Below are positions 52,676 to 61,369 of a DNA stretch of 64,000 bases, piece by piece (the stretch's first letter is position 1; the number at the start of each line of letters is the position of its first letter). The notes under the pieces were generated by a model, which worked only from the letters and a program-made list of their open reading frames with translations, did not search any database and was not told where the DNA came from. Source of the DNA: a virus (lineage: Duplodnaviria > Heunggongvirae > Uroviricota > Caudoviricetes). The DNA lies in the IMG/VR virus record IMGVR_UViG_3300032954_000003, positions 18,847 to 82,846 of that record; one strand, 5' to 3'. The position numbers and the translations under genes were made by a program.

Positions 52676-54277
52676 CTATTCCAGCGGCTTTGCCGACAAA
52701 GGCGTTACCACTACTGTTGTCGAGTTACCTTCGCCACTCAGCAACATTGTGAACACTTCCCCGAGCAATCCTCCAAGTCCTAGCAAGCCGCTGTGGCAAG
52801 AGAACTTACCGATAGCGGATGTGCCATTGAGATGGACTTCGCTTTCGAGACTTGTAAGAGATTGATGTCCAGTGAGATAAAGCTTTGCCTTGCTTTCGCA
52901 GCTCGTGGGGATCTTCAGGCCGAGCATCGACAGGTACTCAATGCCGATTTGCTCGGTGCCGGTGGTGCGGAGCTTTGCTTCGGTGGCGCTTTCCCATTCG
53001 GTGTTTCCGGTGATGGCGCCGCCGATGTTTAGGCCGAGGCTTGCGACGGTGAGACCCTCCCATTCGAGTGGGGCTCTGAAAGTTCCCGTGCTGAATGAGG
53101 TGTTCAGATTCCCGTACAGTGCTGACAGACCCGACGCTTCCCCCACTGGGAAATTGAACGACTGACCCAACTTCTTGTCCTTCAGGCTGCTGCCCGCTAG
53201 AGACCACTTCGTTAGATGTAAGACTTTTGGGGCCGGTGCGCCGCCTCCGCCGACGTAGTTGTCGAGGAGGCCCTGGCCGATGACGGTGACGGGTTCTGGG
53301 AGGTCCTTGACTTCGTAGGGAGCGCAGCAGGGTTCATAGCCGCCTTCGCTCACGCCGATGCCGAGCATCCCGCGCAGGTTGCCGTCCCAGGTGTAGGCCT
53401 TGCTGTTCTGGAGTGCGATGAAGCTCTCTGTGCCGGAGGCGGCCTGCACGGCTCCCGTGATCGGTGCGGCGTGCATCTTGCCGTTGGGTTCGAGCATGTA
53501 GAGCGAGCCGTTTTCCGTCTGGGCGAGGCCGTCTGTCCACCCAGGCCAGAGGTTGACGACGCCGTTGGCGCGTTCGGTGAGTGCGTCCTCCGAGCATCCC
53601 ATCACCTTGCCCTTGGCGGTGAGGACGTACACGTCCTCCAGGGCGGGCTCGACCTGCTTCGCTTCGCTGACGCCTTCCATGACCACGGGGGAGTCGCCCC
53701 CGCCGCGTGAGGCGAGGCAGAACTGGTCGTATGTGTTCGTGCCCCAGTTGACGACCTGGCCGCCCGAGGTGACCGCGGCGGCCGATGCGGGGCCGGCGCC
53801 GATCGAGGTGGCGACCAGTCCGGGCACGACTTCCGGTAGATGGTGCGTGTCGAACTGCGGCTCATAGAGCGTGCCGTTGATCGTGGCGCCCCAGGTGACC
53901 ACGCTGCCGTTGGAGAGCAGCGCCATCGCGAAGTGCTCACCGGCCGCGATGTTGACGACGTGTTCGAGCGGCAATGCGACCGGGGTGTCCGAGCTTGCCG
54001 GTGAGGCGACGCCGAGCTGGTCGTATTCGTTCGAGCCACAGGTGTAGACCTTGCCTTCGCTGCCGAGGAAGACGACGAACTGTTCGCCGCCGGCTATCGC
54101 CGTTGGCTTGATCGACGACGCCGCGGCTGGGATGCTGCTGTACGCCTGTTCTGCGAACGGGATGCCGTCGCAGAGTGCTCCGTCTTCGTTGCCTCCGATG
54201 GAGCCGAGACCCGCCATTGCCGAGGGCGCTAAGACGAGCGCTGCCAGCGTGGCGACGAGGATTGACCCGAGTTTCAT
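52676..54277 (-). CDS. secreted RCC1-repeat beta-propeller protein (GC-rich, host-like)
   Basis: Signal peptide MKLGSILVATLAALVLAPSAMA. Repeats YTCGSNEYDQLG and WGTNTYDQ. About 68% GC. Confidence 0.6.
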   Translation of the reverse strand: MKLGSILVATLAALVLAPSAMAGLGSIGGNEDGALCDGIPFAEQAYSSIPAAASSIKPTAIAGGEQFVVFLGSEGKVYTCGSNEYDQLGVASPASSDTPVALPLEHVVNIAAGEHFAMALLSNGSVVTWGATINGTLYEPQFDTHHLPEVVPGLVATSIGAGPASAAAVTSGGQVVNWGTNTYDQFCLASRGGGDSPVVMEGVSEAKQVEPALEDVYVLTAKGKVMGCSEDALTERANGVVNLWPGWTDGLAQTENGSLYMLEPNGKMHAAPITGAVQAASGTESFIALQNSKAYTWDGNLRGMLGIGVSEGGYEPCCAPYEVKDLPEPVTVIGQGLLDNYVGGGGAPAPKVLHLTKWSLAGSSLKDKKLGQSFNFPVGEASGLSALYGNLNTSFSTGTFRAPLEWEGLTVASLGLNIGGAITGNTEWESATEAKLRTTGTEQIGIEYLSMLGLKIPTSCESKAKLYLTGHQSLTSLESEVHLNGTSAIGKFSCHSGLLGLGGLLGEVFTMLLSGEGNSTTVVVTPLSAKPLE

Positions 54278-54540
54278 TGCGGTTCACCTTCCCTTGTTCC
54301 GGTTTCTTTTGCCTCCCGTATTTCCTCGTGGCTAGCGCCTTTCTCAACTGCTAGATCAACGAGACGGTCACGCTCATTATATGTACGTACCATCTCTGTA
54401 ACTGCACGTACACAGCACGCTTCCGCTGAAACAAGCGCCGACAGCGCTTGCCGCTTAGCTTCCTCACTGTCCCTCTTTACAGAGGAGACAATGGCACTTG
54501 TTACTGGCTGAGCGGCCTTTTGGACTTGATCGTCGTCCAT
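54274..54540 (-). CDS. hypothetical protein (88 aa)
   Basis: Overlaps the start of the RCC1 gene; part of the same minus-strand operon. Confidence 0.4.
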   Translation of the reverse strand: MDDDQVQKAAQPVTSAIVSSVKRDSEEAKRQALSALVSAEACCVRAVTEMVRTYNERDRLVDLAVEKGASHEEIREAKETGTREGEPQ

Positions 54541-55118
54541 TATTCAGACCGTTTATACATGTTAGCCATTTCGAACCACCGACGCTCTAGCTCTGGATTC
54601 TCAAGCCAAAGCTTCTGACTTAGCGCATTATCAGCCGTTGGACACTCAGTGTTGATATGGCAACAGTACCAAGCGCCTACTTCTATGAAGGGTCTTTCTT
54701 CATAGCCGTGACGCCCTAAGCCAGGAATTGGCTCCTCGTAAGCAAGGAGCTTGACGTTGCCTATATGGTCACATGTATCCACTCGATATTGCCGTTTGTC
54801 GTCTGCCGAACTGACAATGAAGTATCCATTAGCATCGAGTTCTCGACGTTGATCCTCGCTCAAATAGCGCCGGAGGAGATCCATGGCACGTCTATCCGCA
54901 ACCCTTTGGCGAAGATGATACGCTCGGGTCATGTTATCGTTTATCAGCCGCCACCGTTGCCGTGACCAGAGATCATTTCGATTACCAGTGTAACTCTCCT
55001 CCGTCAACTGCTGGGCACGGACCAGCTCAGGATCTACCCGCTCGGCTCGAACCCATGTAGTGGCTGTAGGCATGCATGGCACATACTCGCGCCATGCATG
55101 CCACTCGCCGGCTGGCAT
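54540..55118 (-). CDS. hypothetical protein (192 aa)
   Basis: Clean ORF, overlaps its neighbour by 1 nt. Confidence 0.45.
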   Translation of the reverse strand: MPAGEWHAWREYVPCMPTATTWVRAERVDPELVRAQQLTEESYTGNRNDLWSRQRWRLINDNMTRAYHLRQRVADRRAMDLLRRYLSEDQRRELDANGYFIVSSADDKRQYRVDTCDHIGNVKLLAYEEPIPGLGRHGYEERPFIEVGAWYCCHINTECPTADNALSQKLWLENPELERRWFEMANMYKRSE

Positions 55119-55121
55119 TGC

Positions 55122-55349
55122 TCAGCCGCCCGCCATTGCTGGGACGTACAGGATGGCTGCTGCCATCTTGTCGAACTCGTGCAGCTGGTCACCGCGCTTG
55201 CCATCCGGGTCCATCCGGAACGCGAGATACTTCTTGTTGTGGACCATATCGGCGAACTGGTGTTCTGCTGACTGGACCTCAACATCCACGTCGGGGTCCC
55301 ACTTTGTCTCAGTGTCGCCCCTACGGTTTAGAACGTGTGCTACGCCCAT
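55122..55349 (-). CDS. hypothetical small protein (75 aa), first gene of the long minus-strand operon
   Basis: Strong AAAGGAGAG RBS precedes the ATG. Divergent from the S12-like gene. Confidence 0.5.
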   Translation of the reverse strand: MGVAHVLNRRGDTETKWDPDVDVEVQSAEHQFADMVHNKKYLAFRMDPDGKRGDQLHEFDKMAAAILYVPAMAGG

Positions 55350-55475
55350 CTATTTCTCTCCTTTTGGCTTAGATAAACTGGTCGGCGCGGAACTACAAAG
55401 TCCTTCGGGGTGGACGGTCCCGCGCCGGTCGCTAACGATAGCGGGTAACCGTAGCTAATGCAAGTCCCGTTTTAG

Positions 55476-55513
55476 CCGCTATTTGCGCGACTGCTTGCCT
55501 AGCCGGCTAGAGA
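55476..55513 (+). promoter_or_regulatory. conserved TTGCGN - CTAGCCGGCTAGAGA element upstream of the S12-like gene (one of seven copies)
   Basis: Copies at 5071-5101, 11688-11721, 24245-24261, 29047-29082, 43510-43525, 55476-55513 and a variant at 60444-60458. 12-bp palindrome CTAGCYRGCTAG. Confidence 0.5.
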
Positions 55514-55530
55514 TTGCTACCCTTTACCGC

Positions 55531-55923
55531 ATGCCAACGACTAATCAACTTGTTAGAAAAGGTCGCAAGCGCCCGTCAAAGACAAGCAAAAGCGCGGCGC
55601 TGCGAGGGAATCCGCAGCTACGTGGTACAGTTACGCGTGCGTACGTTATTAAGCCACGTAAGCCAAACTCAGCACTTAGGAAGGTAGTGCGCGTACGTTT
55701 GTCTAATGGCGAAGAGTTGACGGCAAGCATACCCGGAGAGGGACATAACTTGGCTGAGCACCATTCAGTGCTAGTAATTGGTGGAAATCGTCCCGATCTC
55801 GGTGGTGTTAGCTACAAAGTTATTCGTGGTGCGCTCGATCTATCTGCGCCATTTTCAGTCAATCAAAAGCCCGGAGACAAACGCAAGCAGTCACGTTCAA
55901 AGTATGGAACCAAGCGCACTTGA
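55531..55923 (+). CDS. rpsL: ribosomal protein uS12 (RpsL) homolog, divergent
   Basis: [13 protein letters not shown]...[16 protein letters not shown]...IPGEGHNL...[13 protein letters not shown]...[10 protein letters not shown] aligns along its full length to bacterial S12 and most closely resembles actinobacterial RpsL. The conserved KPNSALRK is intact. The loops around K42 and K87/P90 are altered. Confidence 0.8.
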   Translation: MPTTNQLVRKGRKRPSKTSKSAALRGNPQLRGTVTRAYVIKPRKPNSALRKVVRVRLSNGEELTASIPGEGHNLAEHHSVLVIGGNRPDLGGVSYKVIRGALDLSAPFSVNQKPGDKRKQSRSKYGTKRT

Positions 55924-56197
55924 ACTCAGACTTAGACGGGAGCGTGTCTCTCGTGCACGTTTGCGCGCAGCCGATACCGCTGAGCCACTTATGGTTCGCG
56001 TGACTGCTCTTGTCGCTGCCATCGCTTGCGATCCTGACGAACCGCTTGGTCCTGCTCCAAACTACACAGCACTACTTGGCAGTATCGCTGGACAAATCGG
56101 CTGTACACCAGCAGAGGTCCAACTTGCACTGACGGCAGCGCAAGAAAGTGGCTTGCAGAACCGCTTCGTGAAGGATTACCTGAGTGAGCGTACATAG
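55904..56197 (+). CDS. hypothetical protein (97 aa), overlaps the 3' end of the S12-like gene
   Basis: ATG in an alternate frame 20 nt before the S12 stop; no RBS. Confidence 0.3.
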   Translation: MEPSALELRLRRERVSRARLRAADTAEPLMVRVTALVAAIACDPDEPLGPAPNYTALLGSIAGQIGCTPAEVQLALTAAQESGLQNRFVKDYLSERT

Positions 56198-56687
56198 GGG
56201 TGCGCGCGTTGTCCCTCAGTGCGGTTTGTGTTTTGGACGATATGACATCGTCTACGCGTCACTGAGCTTTGGTTATCTCTGCGAGGGTTGCAGAGATAAG
56301 GTGCATGGAGCAGCGCCGGCGAAGAACTATGAGTTCCAAGTAGAGCGTTCTAAGCGGCGCAAGTTGCGTAAGGTCCGTATTGGACCGCACCGCAATGAAT
56401 CCACTACACGGCTGCTTGTACGTATCGCCGAAAGAGATGGTTGGACTTGCCATCTCTGTGATCTGCCTGCCGACCTACAAGCACCAATGGGTCCAGACTT
56501 CGTTACGTTTGACCATCTCCGGCCTCGGGTGAAGCAAGGACAGCGCACGTATGAGAATGGTCGTATAGCACACCGCTTCTGTAATACCTTGCGCGGTGTT
56601 AGCTCTGTAGAGCAAGCGCGTGAGCGATACCAAGAACGGATGGTAACTCGGATACAGAAAGCTCTGAAGGAGAGAGGCGGTAGCTAG
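56184..56687 (+). CDS. HNH endonuclease
   Basis: WTCHLCDLP...DFVTFDHLRPRVKQG...ENGRIAHRFCNTLRG is the HNH motif. The GTG start is uncertain. Confidence 0.65.
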   Translation: MSVHRGARVVPQCGLCFGRYDIVYASLSFGYLCEGCRDKVHGAAPAKNYEFQVERSKRRKLRKVRIGPHRNESTTRLLVRIAERDGWTCHLCDLPADLQAPMGPDFVTFDHLRPRVKQGQRTYENGRIAHRFCNTLRGVSSVEQARERYQERMVTRIQKALKERGGS

Positions 56688-57025
56688 CCGACCCGAAAAG
56701 CGCGCTTGGGGATAGACGCTTGCGCTAACTACCGCCGGCAGGTATACTAGCGCAATCCAGGCAAGAGCTACTGGACAACCTCGGCGTCCTAGTCCGTCGT
56801 GAACGTTGAAGCGACTAGGTGGCCCCCCACGGTAAGCGCCCGCCTCCAAAGCGGGCGTTTGCCGTTAACGCTAGACTTGCTAGCGGCGGTGGCGGGACTG
56901 CTCGGTATCGACTCGCGTAGGGCGATGCTTGTGTGGGCGCTACGCACTTGCAACCTTTCACGTGATGTTGGGTTGACGAACCCGCTTGAGGTTGTGAACA
57001 CCCTGCCTGTCGCCGCCAATACAAA

Positions 57026-57355
57026 ATGAACCGGATCACAGCACTAAATCTCGCATTAGGCGATGAACGTGCGAACCGTAAGGTTCTTGAGGCTGAATGT
57101 GAAGAGCTGCGTTACGAGCTAGCCAAGACACAACGAGCATTGAGGGCTGCACTTAGCCAAGCGGCAAAGCCACAGGCTACGCACTGGTCCCTCTTCAGCA
57201 GCACTGGCAATCTCATTGAGGATTGTGAGTCCGAGGCGCAGGGACGCGCTCGCATGAAGCAGATCGTAGCGGCTGAGCCCGAGGCAGCCGCGCATATTGC
57301 TCTGCTGAGCTTCGACGCCGATGGCATGTGCCTAGATGTGGTAGAGGCGTTTTGA
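57026..57355 (+). CDS. hypothetical coiled-coil protein
   Basis: 109-aa ORF. Confidence 0.4.
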   Translation: MNRITALNLALGDERANRKVLEAECEELRYELAKTQRALRAALSQAAKPQATHWSLFSSTGNLIEDCESEAQGRARMKQIVAAEPEAAAHIALLSFDADGMCLDVVEAF

Positions 57356-57495
57356 GCCTAAACCCAACAGCCGTGCTGTTCGTAGCGTTTACAACGGTCG
57401 TAGGCGCTATCTTCCACGCCACGCTAATCGGTCTAGCCGTAGGTCTGGGCGTTGTGCTTGCCGTTACGGCTTGGGACATTTATAACCGCTCATAG
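57352..57495 (+). CDS. small hydrophobic peptide (about 40-47 aa)
   Basis: Single TM helix AVLFVAFTTVVGAIFHATLIGLAVGLGVVLAV; the TTG or GTG start overlaps the upstream stop. Confidence 0.25.
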   Translation: MSLNPTAVLFVAFTTVVGAIFHATLIGLAVGLGVVLAVTAWDIYNRS

Positions 57496-57746
57496 CTGCA
57501 AGAAAGCAACGGCTCAAACGTCTTAGCCTTGTTACCTTCAGAGCTTAACAGTTTGTAAGGCTTTCAGCTAAGACGAGGCGATAACGGATGATTACCAGAC
57601 CATGCGAACCCCCCCCTTAAAGGTCCCCCCTTCAGTCTATATAACTCTGCTAGAGCGTGCATAGCACGGCTGCTTTTCAACAGGCTACCCGACGGCCCGT
57701 GACCTTTCGGCCAGGCTACCTCGGACCCCTCCCGGAGAGGTTGTAG

Positions 57747-58337
57747 TTAGGTTTCGCGGTCGCTGACCTGCCTTGATCGTAGGTCGAACTTGTCCCATGG
57801 CTTCGGTGTGCCACGCTTACTACCTTTGAGGTGATTCTTGGCTAAAGCTCGTTCGTGGGCGATCTTTCTTTGTTCCAGCGGCGATGGAACTGATGCTACT
57901 CCGTATGGAAGAGGGAACGGTTTGAACCCCTGTGGTGCAGGCAGCTGTTTTGTGACTACCTTCTTGGTGACTACAGGCGGTCGTTTAGGTGATGATCTGG
58001 GTGACTTGTGATGGATCTGTCGGTGACAGCGCTTGCAGACTAAAATCAGATCGTCTAGCCGCTCTGCACCTAGGCGCACGTAAGTTAGGTGGTGTAGCTG
58101 GGTGCCAACAGCGCCGCATGCGCATCGTTGAGGTCTGTTGCTCTGGCGGTATCTTTTGTGAATATCTCGCCAATGATCCGATGCGAGATATTCAGCATAG
58201 ATTTTGTACCCTAGTGGGCGTAACCGTCCAGCAATTGTTGAGGGGCCGTCTGGGACCTCTTGTAAGCGCTCAACGCGTTGCCGCGAGGGTGTGCTTAGCG
58301 ATTTGCGGCGTGTACGTCGATGGCCGCGTTTAGCCAT
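57747..58337 (-). CDS. HNH endonuclease
   Basis: CACGAVGTQLHHLTYVRLGAERLDDLILVCKRCHRQIHH. Confidence 0.6.
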   Translation of the reverse strand: MAKRGHRRTRRKSLSTPSRQRVERLQEVPDGPSTIAGRLRPLGYKIYAEYLASDHWRDIHKRYRQSNRPQRCACGAVGTQLHHLTYVRLGAERLDDLILVCKRCHRQIHHKSPRSSPKRPPVVTKKVVTKQLPAPQGFKPFPLPYGVASVPSPLEQRKIAHERALAKNHLKGSKRGTPKPWDKFDLRSRQVSDRET

Positions 58338-58446
58338 ATGATAGACTGAACGTGAACAAAGCTAAAGAAGTGTAGCATCACTTCTGGCGCAGAAGGCCCG
58401 TCTTGTGCGGGCCTTCGCGCTGCTTACGATGAATTGAGGTGATCGC

Positions 58447-58734
58447 ATGCGCGTCGATGATCGCAGGTTCGTCCAGACGCTGTTCGGCATAGCCGCAAGC
58501 ATCGGCGCCTTCACCTACTACGAGATGGGTCGGCGTCAACGTCTAGCCGAAACACGTGAAGAAAAGCGACGGGACTGGGTGGATGCTCAACTAGCGCGCT
58601 TATCTGAAGGCGAGTTGGGTCATCGAGAACGCTCTGAAACTGTGCGCAGCATCGGCAAGATCATTGTCGGCGCAGCTACCGTCATCGTTGGCGTTGTAGC
58701 GTTAGCTGGACTCTTTGCAGCACACACCCTGTAG
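58447..58734 (+). CDS. small membrane protein (2 TM)
   Basis: TM segments LFGIAASIGAFTYY and IIVGAATVIVGVVALAGLFAA. Confidence 0.45.
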   Translation: MRVDDRRFVQTLFGIAASIGAFTYYEMGRRQRLAETREEKRRDWVDAQLARLSEGELGHRERSETVRSIGKIIVGAATVIVGVVALAGLFAAHTL

Positions 58735-58747
58735 AATGGAGTGACGG

Positions 58748-59113
58748 ATGAGCGACTTGCCTGAACCCGAGTCTAAGCAGCGTAGCGCTAGCCAAGAACG
58801 ACGGGAACGCGAGGAAGCATTTCAGCGTGGCCGCGAAACTGCGATGATCGAGGCTCGACTCAACGGTCACGATGCGCGGCTTGACGCGATCAATGGTTCA
58901 ATAGATCGCACAGGTAACGAGCTTCGTTCCGTAGGCGAAAAGTTGTCTAGATTAGATGATGCTTTCCGTCAGTCTGTAGCTGTTGCGGCAGCGAGAGCTG
59001 ACGATGCCAAAAAAGATGCTGAAAAGCAAGTATCTACACGCACCTTTATTTTGGGTCTTATCGGTGCCGTCGCTGCTATTGGACTACTTCTTGTATCGGC
59101 AGGCCATTTTTGA
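58748..59113 (+). CDS. coiled-coil protein with C-terminal TM anchor
   Basis: C-terminus FILGLIGAVAAIGLLLVSAG. Confidence 0.45.
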   Translation: MSDLPEPESKQRSASQERREREEAFQRGRETAMIEARLNGHDARLDAINGSIDRTGNELRSVGEKLSRLDDAFRQSVAVAAARADDAKKDAEKQVSTRTFILGLIGAVAAIGLLLVSAGHF

Positions 59114-59115
59114 GA

Positions 59116-59423
59116 TGACTAAGACCAACGCTTTCATAGGGCTCTTTATTGTCGTGCTGTTAGCCATCGGTGCCAATACGTACATCAGTTTGCACACTGC
59201 TTCAAACTTGCGGCATGATGAGCAAGTAACAAGGGAAGAAGCCAAACACACTGCCATGGTCCAGAAGGCAGGTGAACCCACCGGCGTGTGCCTCCGAGAA
59301 GCCATGAGAGCCGCTCTGCCGGCATTGGAGCGCCTCCCCGGTGTAGAGGCACCCTTGGCGGCTTACGTGCGCTTACAAAGCGCTAGATACCTCAGTGTTA
59401 GGTGTCCGGATGTCTCACCATAA
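59116..59423 (+). CDS. small membrane protein (N-terminal TM)
   Basis: The ATG directly follows the upstream TGA. N-terminus FIGLFIVVLLAIGANTYISL. Confidence 0.4.
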
Positions 59424-59540
59424 GCACAAGCATGACAAAGACGAGGACGACGATTTTCTCGACGAGCAGAAGGAGCGTGAAGACGAGATGACTGAGGAGC
59501 TAGAAGAGTTTGAGCACATCTTTGGGAAGGACGATGATAA

Positions 59541-60095
59541 GTGAGCCGTCATGATCACGTACATGGTTCGCGCCACCATCTTGCCGCCGCATCAGGTCTT
59601 GGGTTAGCCGGCAAAAGTATTCGCCAGATTGCATCCGAGACGAAGGGCATCAATGCTAAGACAGCCGTACTTGTGCCGGCAGTGCTTGGTTCAATGCCAT
59701 TCTTTTGGTTCTGTGTTGTTCTTGCGGTGTCCAGTCTGCCAGCAGTGCTTACCGCCTTTGACAGTGAAGTCCTCAAACACGCTCTCGGCCTCTCATCGTT
59801 CTTCCCTGCTGTCATTATCAAGGTATCACTCATCGCTCTTGTGGCGTGGCTGGCACAGACCTTTATTCAGCTCGTCGCTCTCCCAGTTCTTCAGGTAGCA
59901 AGTAACGCCACACAGGCACAAGCAGAATCCAACACACATCTTCTTCTTGAAGACGGTGAGGCTACACGTGAACACACCGAGGCCATTCTGCGCTCAGTAG
60001 ATACAACCGAGGAGAACGTAGCTGAGGGCCTAACGAAGCTAATTGATGACCGACACCAAGAATTGCTCAACGCCATCAACAAAATAACAAGCTGA
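59541..60095 (+). CDS. multi-pass membrane protein with His-rich N-terminus
   Basis: GGAAGGA RBS plus a GTG start. TM segments AVLVPAVLGSMPFFWFCVVLAVSSLPAVL and VIIKVSLIALVAWLAQTFIQLVALPVL. Confidence 0.5.
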   Translation: MSRHDHVHGSRHHLAAASGLGLAGKSIRQIASETKGINAKTAVLVPAVLGSMPFFWFCVVLAVSSLPAVLTAFDSEVLKHALGLSSFFPAVIIKVSLIALVAWLAQTFIQLVALPVLQVASNATQAQAESNTHLLLEDGEATREHTEAILRSVDTTEENVAEGLTKLIDDRHQELLNAINKITS

Positions 60096-60112
60096 GCTGA
60101 TAGGATGAAGCA

Positions 60113-60433
60113 ATGGGACTTTTCAGCCGATGGCGTCCAGATTGGCAGCAGTGGGTTACAGACGAACTACGCGACTTGCGAAAGGGATTGCACAGAATGA
60201 CTACAGCACTTGAAACGCTACAGACGGAAGTAGCAAACCTAACGACTGAGGATGAAGCACTAGCTACGGCAGTAAGCGAAGTTGTTGCACACCTTGCCGA
60301 AGCAGACAAGCAGATTGAAGAACTGAAGGCTAGTGGTAACGTCAGCGAGGCTGAATTAGAACCGCTTGCAGCCTCAGTGACTAATGCTGTTGCCGCAGTA
60401 ACGAACGCAGTGACAACACTGAAGTCTGCGTAA
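60113..60433 (+). CDS. hypothetical coiled-coil protein
   Basis: AGGA RBS; followed by a rho-independent terminator. Confidence 0.45.
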   Translation: MGLFSRWRPDWQQWVTDELRDLRKGLHRMTTALETLQTEVANLTTEDEALATAVSEVVAHLAEADKQIEELKASGNVSEAELEPLAASVTNAVAAVTNAVTTLKSA

Positions 60434-60458
60434 CAAAATCCTTCTAGCTAGCTAGACA

Positions 60459-60495
60459 AGCCCGCCGTCGTGCGGGCTTGTTGCATTTTGTCCGC
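60459..60495 (+). terminator. rho-independent terminator
   Basis: Hairpin AAGCCCGC-CGTCG-TGCGGGCTT followed by a T-rich tail (TTGCATTTTGTCC). Preceded by the palindrome CTAGCTAGCTAG. Confidence 0.6.
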
Positions 60496-60700
60496 CGCTT
60501 CTGTGGGTATGATGTGTGTTGCGCAACTAGCTCTAGTAGAAAGGTTTGAATGAACCCTAGAAAACAGGCGGCATTTTGGAAGCATATCCAAGAGAATGCG
60601 GAAGCAGAAGAAGGTACGTGGCAGGAAGATAGACCAGCGCGTGTTGGTGTTGAAAACGAACTGAGTCGTTTGGCTGAGGAGATAGGACAGGAGGATATAA

Positions 60701-61369
60701 ATGACGAAGACACCTAAGTCTTCAAGGCGACTAGAGCGCGCAAAGGACTACATTGCCATCGCTGAGTCAGCAGACTCAAAACGTGAGGCATACATCAAAG
60801 CTGCTGAGGAGATAGCGGCAGCACGAGCAGAAGGTGTTTCGGCATCCGCCGTTGCAACGGCGATCGGCAAGTCTGAAATTGAGGTGCGCCGGTTTACTGA
60901 CTGGCATAAGAGCGGCTACAAAGCAGCTACACCGTGGCTCGCTGATGAGAAGGCTACTGATAGAGCTGCAATGAGTCACACCAAGGCGACGCTGCGTAAG
61001 GCAGATCAAGACCAAATTAAGCGCATTATGGTAGAGCTACCTGATGAGCAGCTGAGCAATATAGCTAGCGAGGCTGGCAGTACGCTAGTTAGCCGCAGTC
61101 GTGCCAAGCGGGCTGAGCATCACGCCGAGCCTACGGCTGGTGAACTAATGGCGGGTGAGAAATGGGACCCCAGTGAGAGTTGGGCTGACACACTTGTCAT
61201 AGCTGTAAATAACAAGGTTAGAGAATTTGGTAGCCACGTTAAGCATTGGGGTCTTGTGCTGAATACTATGCCAACGGAGGAAGCATACAAGTATCTGCTA
61301 GAGGCAGAGCGCACTCTGGCGGATGCTCGTGCTGCATTGCAAGAGCGGTTAGAGATGGTGACAAATTGA
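60701..61369 (+). CDS. hypothetical protein
   Basis: Strong CAGGAGGA RBS; 222 aa. Confidence 0.5.
   Translation: MTKTPKSSRRLERAKDYIAIAESADSKREAYIKAAEEIAAARAEGVSASAVATAIGKSEIEVRRFTDWHKSGYKAATPWLADEKATDRAAMSHTKATLRKADQDQIKRIMVELPDEQLSNIASEAGSTLVSRSRAKRAEHHAEPTAGELMAGEKWDPSESWADTLVIAVNNKVREFGSHVKHWGLVLNTMPTEEAYKYLLEAERTLADARAALQERLEMVTN

Noticed and set aside
53334-54347. Multiple overlapping ORFs (plus and minus) inside the RCC1-repeat gene
   Set aside because: Alternate-frame artefacts of a 68% GC gene. The main frame has a signal peptide and RCC1 repeats.
55483-55530. Track start (TTG at 55483) for the S12-like ORF
   Set aside because: The TTG is the TTGCGC hexamer of the conserved promoter-like element. 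Bacterial S12 proteins begin MPT(I/V)NQLVRK, which matches the ATG at 55531.
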